Notes: generated from the letters alone by a model not told the origin. 64,000 nucleotides of DNA from an uncultured delta proteobacterium (GCA_963827685.1 CAWHBU010000003.1:512001-576000); one strand, 5' to 3'; counted from the first letter of the stretch, positions 10,046 to 19,665 are shown. Made by a program: numbers and translations.

Positions 10046-11167
10046 TAGTATCTACTTGACATAATAAGCGTAATATGCTAACTTTCCTGTATTATGAGCA
10101 GGAAAGCAAAAGAAATCACGTTGGAGCCCGAGCAACGGGCTGAGTTGGATCGATTGGTTCGAACCCATACCACTCCCAAGCGTATGGCGGAGAGGGCGCA
10201 AATTATTCTCTGGGGTGCTGAAGGGCAGAGTAACACGGAGATTGCCAAAAGGCTGAGGACTCGTGTTGCACGCGTTTGCAAATGGCGTAGCCGTTTCGTC
10301 AGAGAAGGGTTGGCAGGTTTGCTTGATGAACCGCGCCCCGGGCAGCCACGTAAGTACACCGCAGAGACCGAACACACAATTCTGCGCAAGATCGATGAAG
10401 CTCCTCCGAAGGGATATGCCCAGTGGAACGGAAGGCTTCTGGGGGAGAGGACGAGCATCCCGGATTATGAAGTGTGGGCGGTGTTGCGCAAGTATGGGAT
10501 TAGCCTTCAGAGACGGCGCAGTTGGTGTATTTCGACGGACCCTGAATTTGCACGGAAGTCCGCTGATATTGTTGGGCTTTACCTGGATCCTCCTGAGAAC
10601 GCCATGGTGGTATGCATGGATGAGAAGCCAGCCATTCAGGCGTTGGAACGGGCTCAGGGGTGGCTTAAACTGCCCAATGGCAAGGCGCTGACGGGAGCCA
10701 ACCATGAGTATAGACGGCATGGAACGAGTACCCTCTTTGCAGCCTTGAATGTGGCCACGGGACAAGTGAAGGCGGGCCATTACGGCCGCCGTCGTCGCCG
10801 GGAGTTTCTGGATTTTATGAACGAGATCGTTGCCGAACATCCGGACGAGGAAATCCATGTGATTATGGACAATTTGAAGACTCATCGACCGAAGAGGGAT
10901 CATTGGATTAAACGCCATCCGAAGGTTCATTTTCATTTTACGCCCACACATGCTTCCTGGCTGAACCAGATCGAAATCTGGTTCAGTCTTCTGAGCCGCT
11001 ATGCCTTGAGGGGCGCCTCCTTTACAAGCGTCCGACAGTTGCGCCAGGCGATCGATGAGTTTATTTCCGTCCATAACGAAAAGGCAGCCCCGTTTGAATG
11101 GACCAAGCGTTATGTCAAATCAGTTCACCCTAAAAATAAGTACGCTTATTTATATAATTAGATACTA
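10046..11167 (+). mobile_element. IS630-family insertion sequence
   Basis: imperfect 27-bp terminal IRs (tagtatcta...ataagcgta / tacgcttat...tagatacta); CTAG at both junctions, consistent with TA duplication. Confidence 0.9.
10094..11161 (+). CDS. IS630-family transposase
   Basis: N-terminal HTH; DEK, MDN, SWLNQIE DDE motifs. Confidence 0.95.
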   Translation: MSRKAKEITLEPEQRAELDRLVRTHTTPKRMAERAQIILWGAEGQSNTEIAKRLRTRVARVCKWRSRFVREGLAGLLDEPRPGQPRKYTAETEHTILRKIDEAPPKGYAQWNGRLLGERTSIPDYEVWAVLRKYGISLQRRRSWCISTDPEFARKSADIVGLYLDPPENAMVVCMDEKPAIQALERAQGWLKLPNGKALTGANHEYRRHGTSTLFAALNVATGQVKAGHYGRRRRREFLDFMNEIVAEHPDEEIHVIMDNLKTHRPKRDHWIKRHPKVHFHFTPTHASWLNQIEIWFSLLSRYALRGASFTSVRQLRQAIDEFISVHNEKAAPFEWTKRYVKSVHPKNKYAYLYN

Positions 11168-11347
11168 GATTACATAGAAAATAACGTGTCCGTGTCACGT
11201 GTCCGTAAACCGTAATATTTTTTTGAGGATGACGAAGCCGTCATGAAACATTCCGTAAACATCAAAGTCTTGATCCCGAGATTTACTCTTATCTGCTCGA
11301 TGGGCGAGTGGTGCTCGATGGCACCTTTTTTCTGGATTAAGTCAGGA

Positions 11348-11689
11348 TCAGGGGGATTCCTTACCTTTCCTTGTCTGGCGGGCCTTTTCCATCAACCAGT
11401 TGACGAGCGGTTTTAATTTCTCCGGCATGGCTTCCTCGCTCACTCTCACCGCGTACTGCCGGCCACTTTCTTCCAGCCTTAATTCGTACTGAAAGCGGTC
11501 AGGCTGGGGAGACCGCGACACGATCTTACCGGGTAAATTAAAGAAGTCAGCTTCCTCAACCATCTGGCGAAGCTTCAGAGCTTCATCTGGCGCAAGGTCT
11601 TTTTTATCAACAGCCGTTTTCATCGTTATGCCGGCAAAGCCACCGCTTCGTTCAATGGAGATCCGCAAGGTCTTTTCCTCCCCTGGCAT
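11348..11689 (-). CDS. emfourin (protealysin inhibitor), copy 2
   Basis: identical to copy 1 except one L/M residue. Confidence 0.92.
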   Translation of the reverse strand: MPGEEKTLRISIERSGGFAGITMKTAVDKKDLAPDEALKLRQMVEEADFFNLPGKIVSRSPQPDRFQYELRLEESGRQYAVRVSEEAMPEKLKPLVNWLMEKARQTRKGKESP

Positions 11690-12732
11690 TAAGTTACCCC
11701 AACCGCTTTCCAGGCTTTCTGCACCGCTTTCATCTCTTTGCTTCCATTACCGTAGAGATCCTTGGCAACACTGATGGTGGTAGATGCAGCGCTTGCAAAA
11801 TTCGACTTGCTCCGCAGCCGATCCCGAAGAGCAATATACCAGATCTTTCCTGCCTTCGTCCATGCATTACCACCGATCTCCATGGCCGCAAGATAGAAAG
11901 CATGGTTAGGAATACCCGAGTTGATGTGGACGCCTCCGTTATCCGAAGTGGTTTTCACGTAGTCCTTCATGGTCGCCGGCTGTGGGTCCTTTCCAAGGAC
12001 GGGATCATCGTAGGCTGTTCCCGGCGCCTTCATAGAGCGGAGGGCCTTCCCGTGAATCTTCGGCATTAAAAGTCCCGCACCGATCAGCCAGTCGGCTTTG
12101 GCCGCCGTCTGTTTCAAGGTCCGTTGTTTCACAAGGGAGCCGAAAACGTCCGACATGGACTCGTTCAATGCCCCTGGCTGGTTGGAATAAGCAAGATTCG
12201 CCTCGTACTGGGTCACGCCGTGAGTCAGCTCATGGCCGATGACGTCGATGCATTTGGTGAAGCGAGCGAAGATCTCACCATCTCCGTCACCATACACCAT
12301 CTCACTGCCATCCCAGAAGGCGTTGTCATAGTTGACATCGTAATGGACATAGGAGACGATAGACATCCCCCTGTTGTCTATGGAGTTGCGCTCATAGATA
12401 TCATAGTAGAGATCATAGGTGGCGCCTGCTCCGTCATAGGCTTCATTGACTGCAACATCCTTTCTGGCGGGATCACCTTCTTTGCGGACCAGAGTGCCCG
12501 TAGGAGGTTGCCCGTCTTTGTGTTTGCAATTATAGACAGTACGGGATTTATGGCCAACAGGCGCCGCTGACGGAAGGATTCCCAATGCAAAGCGCTGCCC
12601 TCTGATAAAGCCAGCCGAAGTCAGGTTCCGGAGAGCCCAATCCCTCTGATGAGGCTTGCCGCGCTTAGCAATCTCTTCCAGCATGTACGGGGGGATGATA
12701 GAACGGATTCCTACATATCTGATCGGTCTCAT
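11689..12732 (-). CDS. protealysin-like M4 metalloprotease, copy 2
   Basis: HELTH, GALNES, GGVHINSGIPN; start placed by homology to copy 1 and AGGAGG RBS. Confidence 0.95.
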   Translation of the reverse strand: MRPIRYVGIRSIIPPYMLEEIAKRGKPHQRDWALRNLTSAGFIRGQRFALGILPSAAPVGHKSRTVYNCKHKDGQPPTGTLVRKEGDPARKDVAVNEAYDGAGATYDLYYDIYERNSIDNRGMSIVSYVHYDVNYDNAFWDGSEMVYGDGDGEIFARFTKCIDVIGHELTHGVTQYEANLAYSNQPGALNESMSDVFGSLVKQRTLKQTAAKADWLIGAGLLMPKIHGKALRSMKAPGTAYDDPVLGKDPQPATMKDYVKTTSDNGGVHINSGIPNHAFYLAAMEIGGNAWTKAGKIWYIALRDRLRSKSNFASAASTTISVAKDLYGNGSKEMKAVQKAWKAVGVT

Positions 12733-12840
12733 AATCTCCTCCTTTTTGAAAGGAAATAAGGGGTAATTACAGGATATCAAAAAGTATTACGTGTTAGAAC
12801 TATTTTATTTCCGCCTGTGCTCAGCGGCGAACCGTCACTA

Positions 12841-12967
12841 GGTGGGATCAAGTCTATTTTCTTAGCATTCCCCTTTTCCACCAAATTCCGCTAAGATCGA
12901 AAACTTTATCCTGGATTCTGTCCACACCTCGATAGAATCTTCTGTCAAGTTTCAAGACCAGGCACCA
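12841..12967 (+). repeat. dispersed repeat copy R6 (long form)
   Basis: gggatcaagtctattttcttagcattccccttttccaccaaattccgc...caagaccaggcacc. Confidence 0.8.
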
Positions 12968-13250
12968 CCTATTTCTGCTCTTTCGCGGGTTTTAAAATAT
13001 TAAATGTTTAACTGATATAATTGTGATAATTGTCGGGAGTCCCCTCACTGATCTCAAACTCCTCGGTGTTATCATCTGAGTATTGAGACGAATAGGCTAT
13101 GAGATAGGCGTCATGGGGGCTATATCCTGCCTTCAACGCAACGATATACGTAATGTAATAATGAAACTCAATATCCATAAACATTCAACTCTTTCCGTTA
13201 AAAGTTTAAATCCGCTTCTCCTCAATTTCATTTCTAAGTTGTTTTTTGGA

Positions 13251-14712
13251 TTACCTTTCCGTTGTTGCGGCCTTCGGGGGTGCAGGCTTCTGGGGTCCAG
13301 CCTTCTTAGGTTCAGCATTCTGGGTGACCACTTTGATTGTCGTTGCGATCATCTTATCCCCTTCCTTCTTGTACTCCACCGCGACCGGCATCTCAGCCTT
13401 CAAATCGTTAATCTTAAGCTCCGCTTTGTCTTTGGTAATCTTTGTTTGCTCATCAACTACAAAGGTGTTCTTTGTTTTCCCATCGGCACTAGTAACGACA
13501 ATGCTTTTTGCCCCCGCATCGACGCTTTCGATCTTTCCACTGAATGCTGGAGGGGACACTTTGATCGCCGTTGCGGTCGCCTTATTTCCTTCCATCTTGT
13601 CGTAGCTTACGACAACCTGCATATCTTTCGTCAAATCGGCGAAGGTAAGAGTCTTTCCGTCTTGGCTGATCTTTGTTGTTTGCTCATCAACTACAAAGGT
13701 GTTCTTTGTTTTCCCATCGGGTACTAGTAACGACAATGCTTTTTGCCCCCGCATCGACGCTTTCGATCTTTCCACTGAATGTGAGAGGCGCGGCAGGCTT
13801 CTTTGTTTCTGGTTCGCCGAGTTTCTTAGTTATAGCGTCTATTTGGCCGTCGAGATAAATTATGTAACTATCTTTTTTAATTTCTTCATCAGTTATTGTT
13901 GGCTTCTGGTGTCTCAATTCGCTTATCCGATTATCCTTTTCAAGGACAAGTACTTTCAATTTTTGCTCAAGCGATGCCCTGTCTTGACCTGTCGCAGGTT
14001 GTGTACCTTCCTCTAAGGCTTTCTGGAGACCAAGCATAAACGAACATGTCTGATGGTATTTTATAATATCAGCCAAAGCAAAATTCAAAGGGTAATCTTC
14101 GTATTTCCCGCCTTTATTAGCTTCGTATTTTGTCATTATAGCGTTTCTCTCATTAAGTCGTATTTCGTTAATTTTTTTGATAATAGCGGGGACCAATACT
14201 GACTTATAAACTGTTTCGTTAACCAGAGACCGCTCTGAATTTGAAAAAAATGCCAGTCCAGCCAAGATAGACTTGCCTATTGCTCCGGTAGTTATCGTCG
14301 CTGCCCCGGAGAAAGCATTAGTAAGTGTTCCCGTTATGATATTCACTGTTGCTTCATTTCCTAATATTGTTTTCATATGCTTTTCACACATCCCATCAGA
14401 TATGGCAATTAGATCCCCAATGAGAAGGTTTCTCTGATATACGCAAAGTTTATTAAGCTGATCGTCACTTAGCAGGTCTTTTCCCCTACACTTGGCGTCC
14501 ATTTTCCCGTTTGCTGCGTCGCCGAAAAGGTTATTATAAAGGTCACTATATTGTTTATCGTATTCTAATGGTCTAATAGAATAGTCACGATATATTAAAT
14601 TATCAAAAAGCGACCAGCATGAACAAAGTAGTAAAGCAGTCAGTATCATCAAAACATATTTATATAGAGAAGTGGGAAAATAGGAAGGAAATAAGATCTT
14701 TCTCGCTTTCAT
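13251..14712 (-). pseudogene. putative lipoprotein with two C-terminal OB-fold/DUF5666-like repeats, split by a +1 frameshift (possibly a sequencing error)
   Basis: lipobox-like LLLCSC; ORFs 13687-14712 and 13251-13775 join if one G of ggg at 13719-13721 is removed; the second repeat copy reads through in frame. Confidence 0.75.
13441..13780. repeat. ~105-bp near-identical intragenic direct repeat (13441-13546 / 13676-13780)
   Basis: both encode FSGKIESVDAGAKSIVVTS.DGKTKNTFVVDEQT. Confidence 0.9.
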
Positions 14713-14760
14713 ATTAATTACCTCCTGTTTTAGATAAGAATATCGTTTCTGCGATGCGAA

Positions 14761-15222
14761 TCAACTCTCTTTTTGCTCAACCCTTCCCAAATCCTGTCTC
14801 GTGGTCCTACCAAATAAGTAACCGGCAATCGCTCCGAGAACTCCAATGGCCGAGGTAAGTTGTTCTGTTGTGGGAGATGCAACCACTACAAACAAAATAG
14901 CTTGCACGACTAGAACGAGGCCACCTCCGTTGACGATATTTGCTGCTGTAAAATTTCTGCTATATTTCATGAAAAGCAATATCAAAAACAAAAACAGAAC
15001 TGTTGCTGCTGCAATGATCACAAGCAATATCAATTTTTGTTGATATTGAATCGCCCGTAATGCATAAAGACCGCTACCTGAGACTTCCTTCGGCTCCTTT
15101 TCTTTTACAAATTTCAAAACATCGTCGATCGCTTTTTTAGAGGGAACCTCTTGGGCATATAGATTGCCACAGAACGGCAAAAGCATAGCGATTGAAATTA
15201 ATATGATAAGCATTATTCTCAT
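14761..15222 (-). CDS. hypothetical membrane protein with signal peptide
   Basis: N-terminal signal, 3 TM segments ending AIGVLGAIAGYLFG; AGGAGG RBS. Confidence 0.75.
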   Translation of the reverse strand: MRIMLIILISIAMLLPFCGNLYAQEVPSKKAIDDVLKFVKEKEPKEVSGSGLYALRAIQYQQKLILLVIIAAATVLFLFLILLFMKYSRNFTAANIVNGGGLVLVVQAILFVVVASPTTEQLTSAIGVLGAIAGYLFGRTTRQDLGRVEQKES

Positions 15223-15242
15223 AAGACTCCTCCTTGCCCTTT

Positions 15243-15575
15243 TTATGGGCACTTCTTTGACATGATGAGTTCATCCACGATCCTCTGCAGATTCATATAA
15301 TAATCCACATAGTTTTGACTTTGCGGGGAGGCACAACTATTAATCAACTTCTCCTTTAGTTGTTTCAAATCTGAGCAATTTAAGGGCTGAATGCGTTGTC
15401 TGAATTCAATGTAGACGCTAGCATCTATGCTCTTCTGTTGCTGTTGGGACCCTTCTGGAGGGAGCGGCAGAAGTTCACCACAATAAATTGAGCCCCCTGT
15501 TGCAAAAATCATAACGATTATTACTAAGATGCCCTCAATACTTTTTAATGAATAAGGAGTGACTTTATAATTCAT
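15243..15575 (-). CDS. hypothetical exported/anchored small protein
   Basis: hydrophobic N-terminus, several Cys; GGGAGG RBS. Confidence 0.65.
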   Translation of the reverse strand: MNYKVTPYSLKSIEGILVIIVMIFATGGSIYCGELLPLPPEGSQQQQKSIDASVYIEFRQRIQPLNCSDLKQLKEKLINSCASPQSQNYVDYYMNLQRIVDELIMSKKCP

Positions 15576-15601
15576 TTTCTGCCTCCCTTCGATAGACTCT
15601 G

Positions 15602-16453
15602 TTAGTCTGCCTTCTTGGCGATGGTGATGTTAACTGATCCTCCTTCGGGAATTGATGTTTCAGGCACGGGTTCTTGTTTTATCACCTTCCCGACCAAGGT
15701 CTGATCTTCTGTAGTGTCTTCAGAAGACTCACCCAATTCCAGGTTAGCAGTTTTCAAGATTTCTTCTGCTTCTTCTTTTGTCTTGTGCAAAAGATTAGGG
15801 ACTTTCACTTCAGAAACTTTTTGTACTTTAACAGCCTTGAAAATGCTACTTACTTGGACATCCAACCATTTGAAGACTTCTCGAGAGCCATAACCTGAAA
15901 GTACACCGAGTCCAAACATAGATAGCGTCTGCCTTATATTGTTAGTATTAGCCTGGAAGTCTTCTCCAAGAACTGCCATCCCACTACGGACTAAGGCAAA
16001 CGCAAAGAGGGCCAAGGTAGTACCAATCCATGGATCAGTGATATGCTTCCACACAAATCGATGACCGAAAGCAGATCGCTCACTATGCCAGCCTATAACA
16101 CTCCGGATTCCATTGATAACGCCTCCAAGACCACCCCCAATAAATGTAAACACAACTAGTCGGAAAGAAGGAGAATCAAGTCCAATATCCTTATAGCCGA
16201 CCCATCTAACCAACGAATATTGTCTAATCCACACGTCAAAAAGTTGCCAGAAAAAGAAGGCAAGCATAAATAGTAGATATAGGATGCTTATGATTGCAAA
16301 AGATGTGTCTAAAGCCTTCTCAGGGTGCAGTTCGTAAACAATGCCGGTCACCTCATCGCGGACATAGATTTTCTCATGAGTCTTCCTCTTCTTCTTTATT
16401 TCCTCCTGTGTGCTATTTTGGGGAACCTCTTTGTTGGGTAGTGGATTATTCAT
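15602..16453 (-). CDS. multi-TM protein with C-terminal PASTA domain
   Basis: ~4 TM segments; VKVPNLL..TKEEAEEILKTANL..GKVIKQEP..G.SVNITI is PASTA-like. Confidence 0.8.
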   Translation of the reverse strand: MNNPLPNKEVPQNSTQEEIKKKRKTHEKIYVRDEVTGIVYELHPEKALDTSFAIISILYLLFMLAFFFWQLFDVWIRQYSLVRWVGYKDIGLDSPSFRLVVFTFIGGGLGGVINGIRSVIGWHSERSAFGHRFVWKHITDPWIGTTLALFAFALVRSGMAVLGEDFQANTNNIRQTLSMFGLGVLSGYGSREVFKWLDVQVSSIFKAVKVQKVSEVKVPNLLHKTKEEAEEILKTANLELGESSEDTTEDQTLVGKVIKQEPVPETSIPEGGSVNITIAKKAD

Positions 16454-16811
16454 GACAAACCTCCTTTCCAATATGGGACCAAGCTTTCAGGCGGCCTTCC
16501 CGTAAAAGTAACTCTTAATAAAGTCACCACTATTCGCTTTCCTGTCCTTCTTGGACCAAATGAGGCCCAACCTCCCCTCCCCTTCTTCATAGAATAGGAC
16601 ATAATTCAGGTTGACGATGCTTCCTTAAGTGAGCCTGTCCACGCCTCAAACCGCTGAGATGCGTTTTCTTGCTCCGAATAAATAATGGTATAAGTCAAGT
16701 GCTTTAAACCAACGAATCCTCCAGCCTGTCCCTTAATATACCTTTCCCGCCACGTGCCTGTATTTAAGTAAATTTGCTCTAACTCGGCAATCTCGTCGCA
16801 AATATGAACAA

Positions 16812-18128
16812 TCATGCCTGCTCTTTTTTTGTGAAGCCGCTCCAATAGTCGAAACTGTAACCCTTTGCACCTTTGATATGGCGCAGGTCCTCCTCAGAAG
16901 AGTAAAAGATGACATACGTGAGGGCCTTGGCGCTTGCAAACGTTGAGTCAGCCTTGCATTTTCTGATCTGTTGGCGCCACGTCCCGGTATCGAAAAAGAA
17001 CAGCTCATTGCCGTCGTTGTCGCGACGCTTCAAAAATTCGACGCATGGAGAATGTGTGTGGCCGGCCACAACATATCTTCCTGCGCTTGTGCTTAATATC
17101 TCTTCCCGTTGAGCATATTGCCACGGTTGCGGCCCGTCGGAATGCATGCTACTGATAAGTGTGATGATGGATTTTGTGGGGAGCAGTTTGGTCGGTAGCC
17201 ATTTGGCTAATGGAAGAATTTTCCCCCACGTTCCCAATTTGCTCCGCAAGAATTTACTGTTTAAAGCCTTCTTCACGACGTTATCGGCGACAGGCGTGAG
17301 GTATTCCCAGACATCGATGTCATCTGGCGTTTTCACTTGTAAAAAATCTACTATATCTGACTGTGGACGCAGGTTGTCGAATTCAAGCAGTTTACAGTAA
17401 ATAGACTGATGTAGCTGGTTACCCGACTTGATTTCCTCTTCATGAAGTTTTCTGTATTCGAATGCGAGACCAGCGGCTATATCAATGGTCGCATAGTCCC
17501 CCAACGGAGCCTGAGAATAGTCTGCAGGATCAACATTGAATACCCCTATCTCCGGGATATTTCCTGCAAAATTGCTTCGGTCATACTCATGTCCGTGTCT
17601 GATGAGCACTCCATATTCGTCCGAACGATAAACATGATCAAATTCCGCGTCGTCCGGGTTGTTCTGTCCCAATAATTCTGCTTTAGCTCTTTTTCTCAGA
17701 TCGGGATGCAGATTAATGAGACGGTCGTGATTGCCCGGCAGATATTTAAAGACAATTTGACAGCCGTTTTTCAGTCTTTTCTGGATCGTTTCCTTGAAAA
17801 TGCTGAAAGTTTTATCATTGCTTTTGATAATATCCGTCAGAATCGCATCAGCAACGGGATACCATTGATCCGGGGTATGTTCACCGTATGGCCTGACATC
17901 GCCTGCAAGCCATTTTTGACTCCGGTTGAGATCGAAAATATCCCCGGCCAGGATGATGATCAACTCCACGGCCTTATTACTGTCCGCTATTGTCAAAATC
18001 TCCTCAAAAAACTCTTTGAATGCATCGGGCGACACATTCCTGTCCACGGTGATGGGATTGTTATTTTTGTCTGTAATAGTGTCATTTACTGTATCTTGAA
18101 AGTGAAGATCGCTTATCACAACCAACAT
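16812..18128 (-). CDS. calcineurin-like metallophosphoesterase
   Basis: SDLH, GDIFD, GNHD, HGH, GHTH, DTGTW motifs. Confidence 0.88.
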   Translation of the reverse strand: MLVVISDLHFQDTVNDTITDKNNNPITVDRNVSPDAFKEFFEEILTIADSNKAVELIIILAGDIFDLNRSQKWLAGDVRPYGEHTPDQWYPVADAILTDIIKSNDKTFSIFKETIQKRLKNGCQIVFKYLPGNHDRLINLHPDLRKRAKAELLGQNNPDDAEFDHVYRSDEYGVLIRHGHEYDRSNFAGNIPEIGVFNVDPADYSQAPLGDYATIDIAAGLAFEYRKLHEEEIKSGNQLHQSIYCKLLEFDNLRPQSDIVDFLQVKTPDDIDVWEYLTPVADNVVKKALNSKFLRSKLGTWGKILPLAKWLPTKLLPTKSIITLISSMHSDGPQPWQYAQREEILSTSAGRYVVAGHTHSPCVEFLKRRDNDGNELFFFDTGTWRQQIRKCKADSTFASAKALTYVIFYSSEEDLRHIKGAKGYSFDYWSGFTKKEQA

Positions 18129-18288
18129 AAGAACCTCCTTTCAACCGTTATCTTCCAGCGGGTTATTCCTAGTTATCGACTGCTTTCTTTCCTATGACAA
18201 TTTTAGACGACCGTAAACAATTCCTGATAAAGCTCGTTTTGCATTTATCATGAACAGCCTGTGCTATTTCAGCCGTAGGATCACATTT

Positions 18289-18918
18289 TTATACCCTCTT
18301 TAATAAATACGTCTTGTGAGGAACTTTGGTTTGCCAGAGGTGCTCTGGGCCTGTGTTGGTCGTTGCCACATCCCTGGCAAGATCGATTCCTACCGCAAGA
18401 TACGCCTCCTGCACGAAGGCTGAACAGTAAAGCGCATGCTTTGTATTCCAAAGGTTGCGCCATTTTTCGGTCCCGGATAGATAGGCGAATAATGTGCCGA
18501 AGAGTCCGGAAATAGAGTACATGATCTTCTTTTTAACCATGTCGAGCGCCTTCTGAACTATTTTATCGGCGTCTGGATCGCTCAACCCGAAATCGAGAAC
18601 GGCGCAGTGCAAAGCCTTTTCCGTCCCATAGTACTTATCGATCCTGTTCTCTTGTGCACCGTTGATGATCCGCATCCGGAACAATTCCACAGTGATGTCG
18701 GACTCTGCAATCCAATCGTGGCCGTCGGGTCTCTTGCCCGTGAAGAGAAAAGCATGTGCCCACAGACTCGGCTTCTTGTCAGGCGTGACCAGTGCCTGCG
18801 CCTCACAGATAGCCCGATGGATCCACGATGTTCCTCCCACCAGCCCGACCGCACCCTTCCTCGCATACCGCTTCCAGAATTCTTCCCTTGAAACCCCTTC
18901 AATCTCTTCTATAGACAT
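18289..18918 (-). CDS. permuted NlpC/P60 (YiiX/YebB-like) papain-fold amidase
   Basis: His motif (WAHA) N-terminal of Cys motif (LYCSAFVQEAY) and terminal P..L. Confidence 0.75.
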   Translation of the reverse strand: MSIEEIEGVSREEFWKRYARKGAVGLVGGTSWIHRAICEAQALVTPDKKPSLWAHAFLFTGKRPDGHDWIAESDITVELFRMRIINGAQENRIDKYYGTEKALHCAVLDFGLSDPDADKIVQKALDMVKKKIMYSISGLFGTLFAYLSGTEKWRNLWNTKHALYCSAFVQEAYLAVGIDLARDVATTNTGPEHLWQTKVPHKTYLLKRV

Positions 18919-18951
18919 CGTAAGCCTCTTTTCTCCACGCCCTCTGGTGAA

Positions 18952-19116
18952 TTATTTTGAGTGGGCCCAAAGAGATGGTCTTCAATCCAAAGTGATTAGG
19001 CTCTGCGCCTCCCTGATGGCCATGCCAATCATGTCTTTAGCCCCTACAATTCCGATGATTCCCGGCTCATAATTGCTCGTAAAAAACTGAAGGAGCCGAG
19101 GATTTAATTCCTCCAT
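18952..19116 (-). pseudogene. truncated paralog of the adjacent permuted NlpC/P60 gene
   Basis: translates MEELNPRLLQFFTSNYEPGIIGIVGAKDMIGMAIREAQSLITLD*RPSLWAHSK*, matching GAVGLVGG...AICEAQALVTPDKKPSLWAH. Confidence 0.75.
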
Positions 19117-19246
19117 AACTTACCCTCCATTGGGAGTCAGGCCATAAACCGGGTTGCCACGCCTGCGTGCCGTAACGCCTTCTGCGCAGATACGCCGTCA
19201 ATCCAGATGCTTCTCGTTTAGTTTAATGGGAGATCAAATTGCGGAA

Positions 19247-19279
19247 GGCTCTAAGGGAACGGATCTACCCCTTAGAGCC
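19247..19279. terminator. 11-bp stem hairpin overlapping stop of micro-ORF A
   Basis: ggctctaaggg-N11-cccttagagcc; weak U-tract. Confidence 0.55.
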
Positions 19280-19319
19280 AGAGCCATTGCCAGGGCATCT
19301 TTTGGTAGGACCTTTTCAT
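19272..19319 (-). CDS. micro-ORF A, MKRSYQKMPWQWLWL (15 aa)
   Basis: GGAGG RBS 5 nt upstream; paralog of micro-ORF B. Confidence 0.55.
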   Translation of the reverse strand: MKRSYQKMPWQWLWL

Positions 19320-19665
19320 CTTTCCCTCCAAAAGACTGAACTGTAGCAGGAATAAGCGTCCGGAGACTACATCTTCGTTTGTTATCAAATTTCTTGAAGG
19401 CCGATGGTACAACCCACCCTAAGAACGGAACGGACTCTATCAAAATTGTGCAGGGAAGTCAATTAATATTTTTTGCTCACCCCATCCCGCAATATTGTTC
19501 TTGCTAATCCCCAAAGTCAGGTCCCCTTCGGAAGGTCTTTTCTCACCCAAGGAAGCCCCAATCTGTCCTTTTTGAAGGTTCTTTTCTTTCTTCAATCTAG
19601 AAACTTAAAGACTGAACCGTGCATCGAATTCGAAAACTCATTGATTTGCGAAAGTGAAACTATGG

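Noticed and set aside
10052-11074. 340-aa minus-strand ORF
   Set aside because: Antisense shadow of the IS630 transposase with no recognisable motifs.
3724-12967. Integron/CALIN or CRISPR interpretation of the dispersed repeats
   Set aside because: No RYYYAAC...GTTRRRY palindromic attC structure and no intI. Spacing is kilobases and irregular, with no cas genes.
18982-18984. In-frame TGA as selenocysteine
   Set aside because: It aligns to a non-Cys position, the frame ends 10 codons later, and no SECIS-like hairpin is evident.
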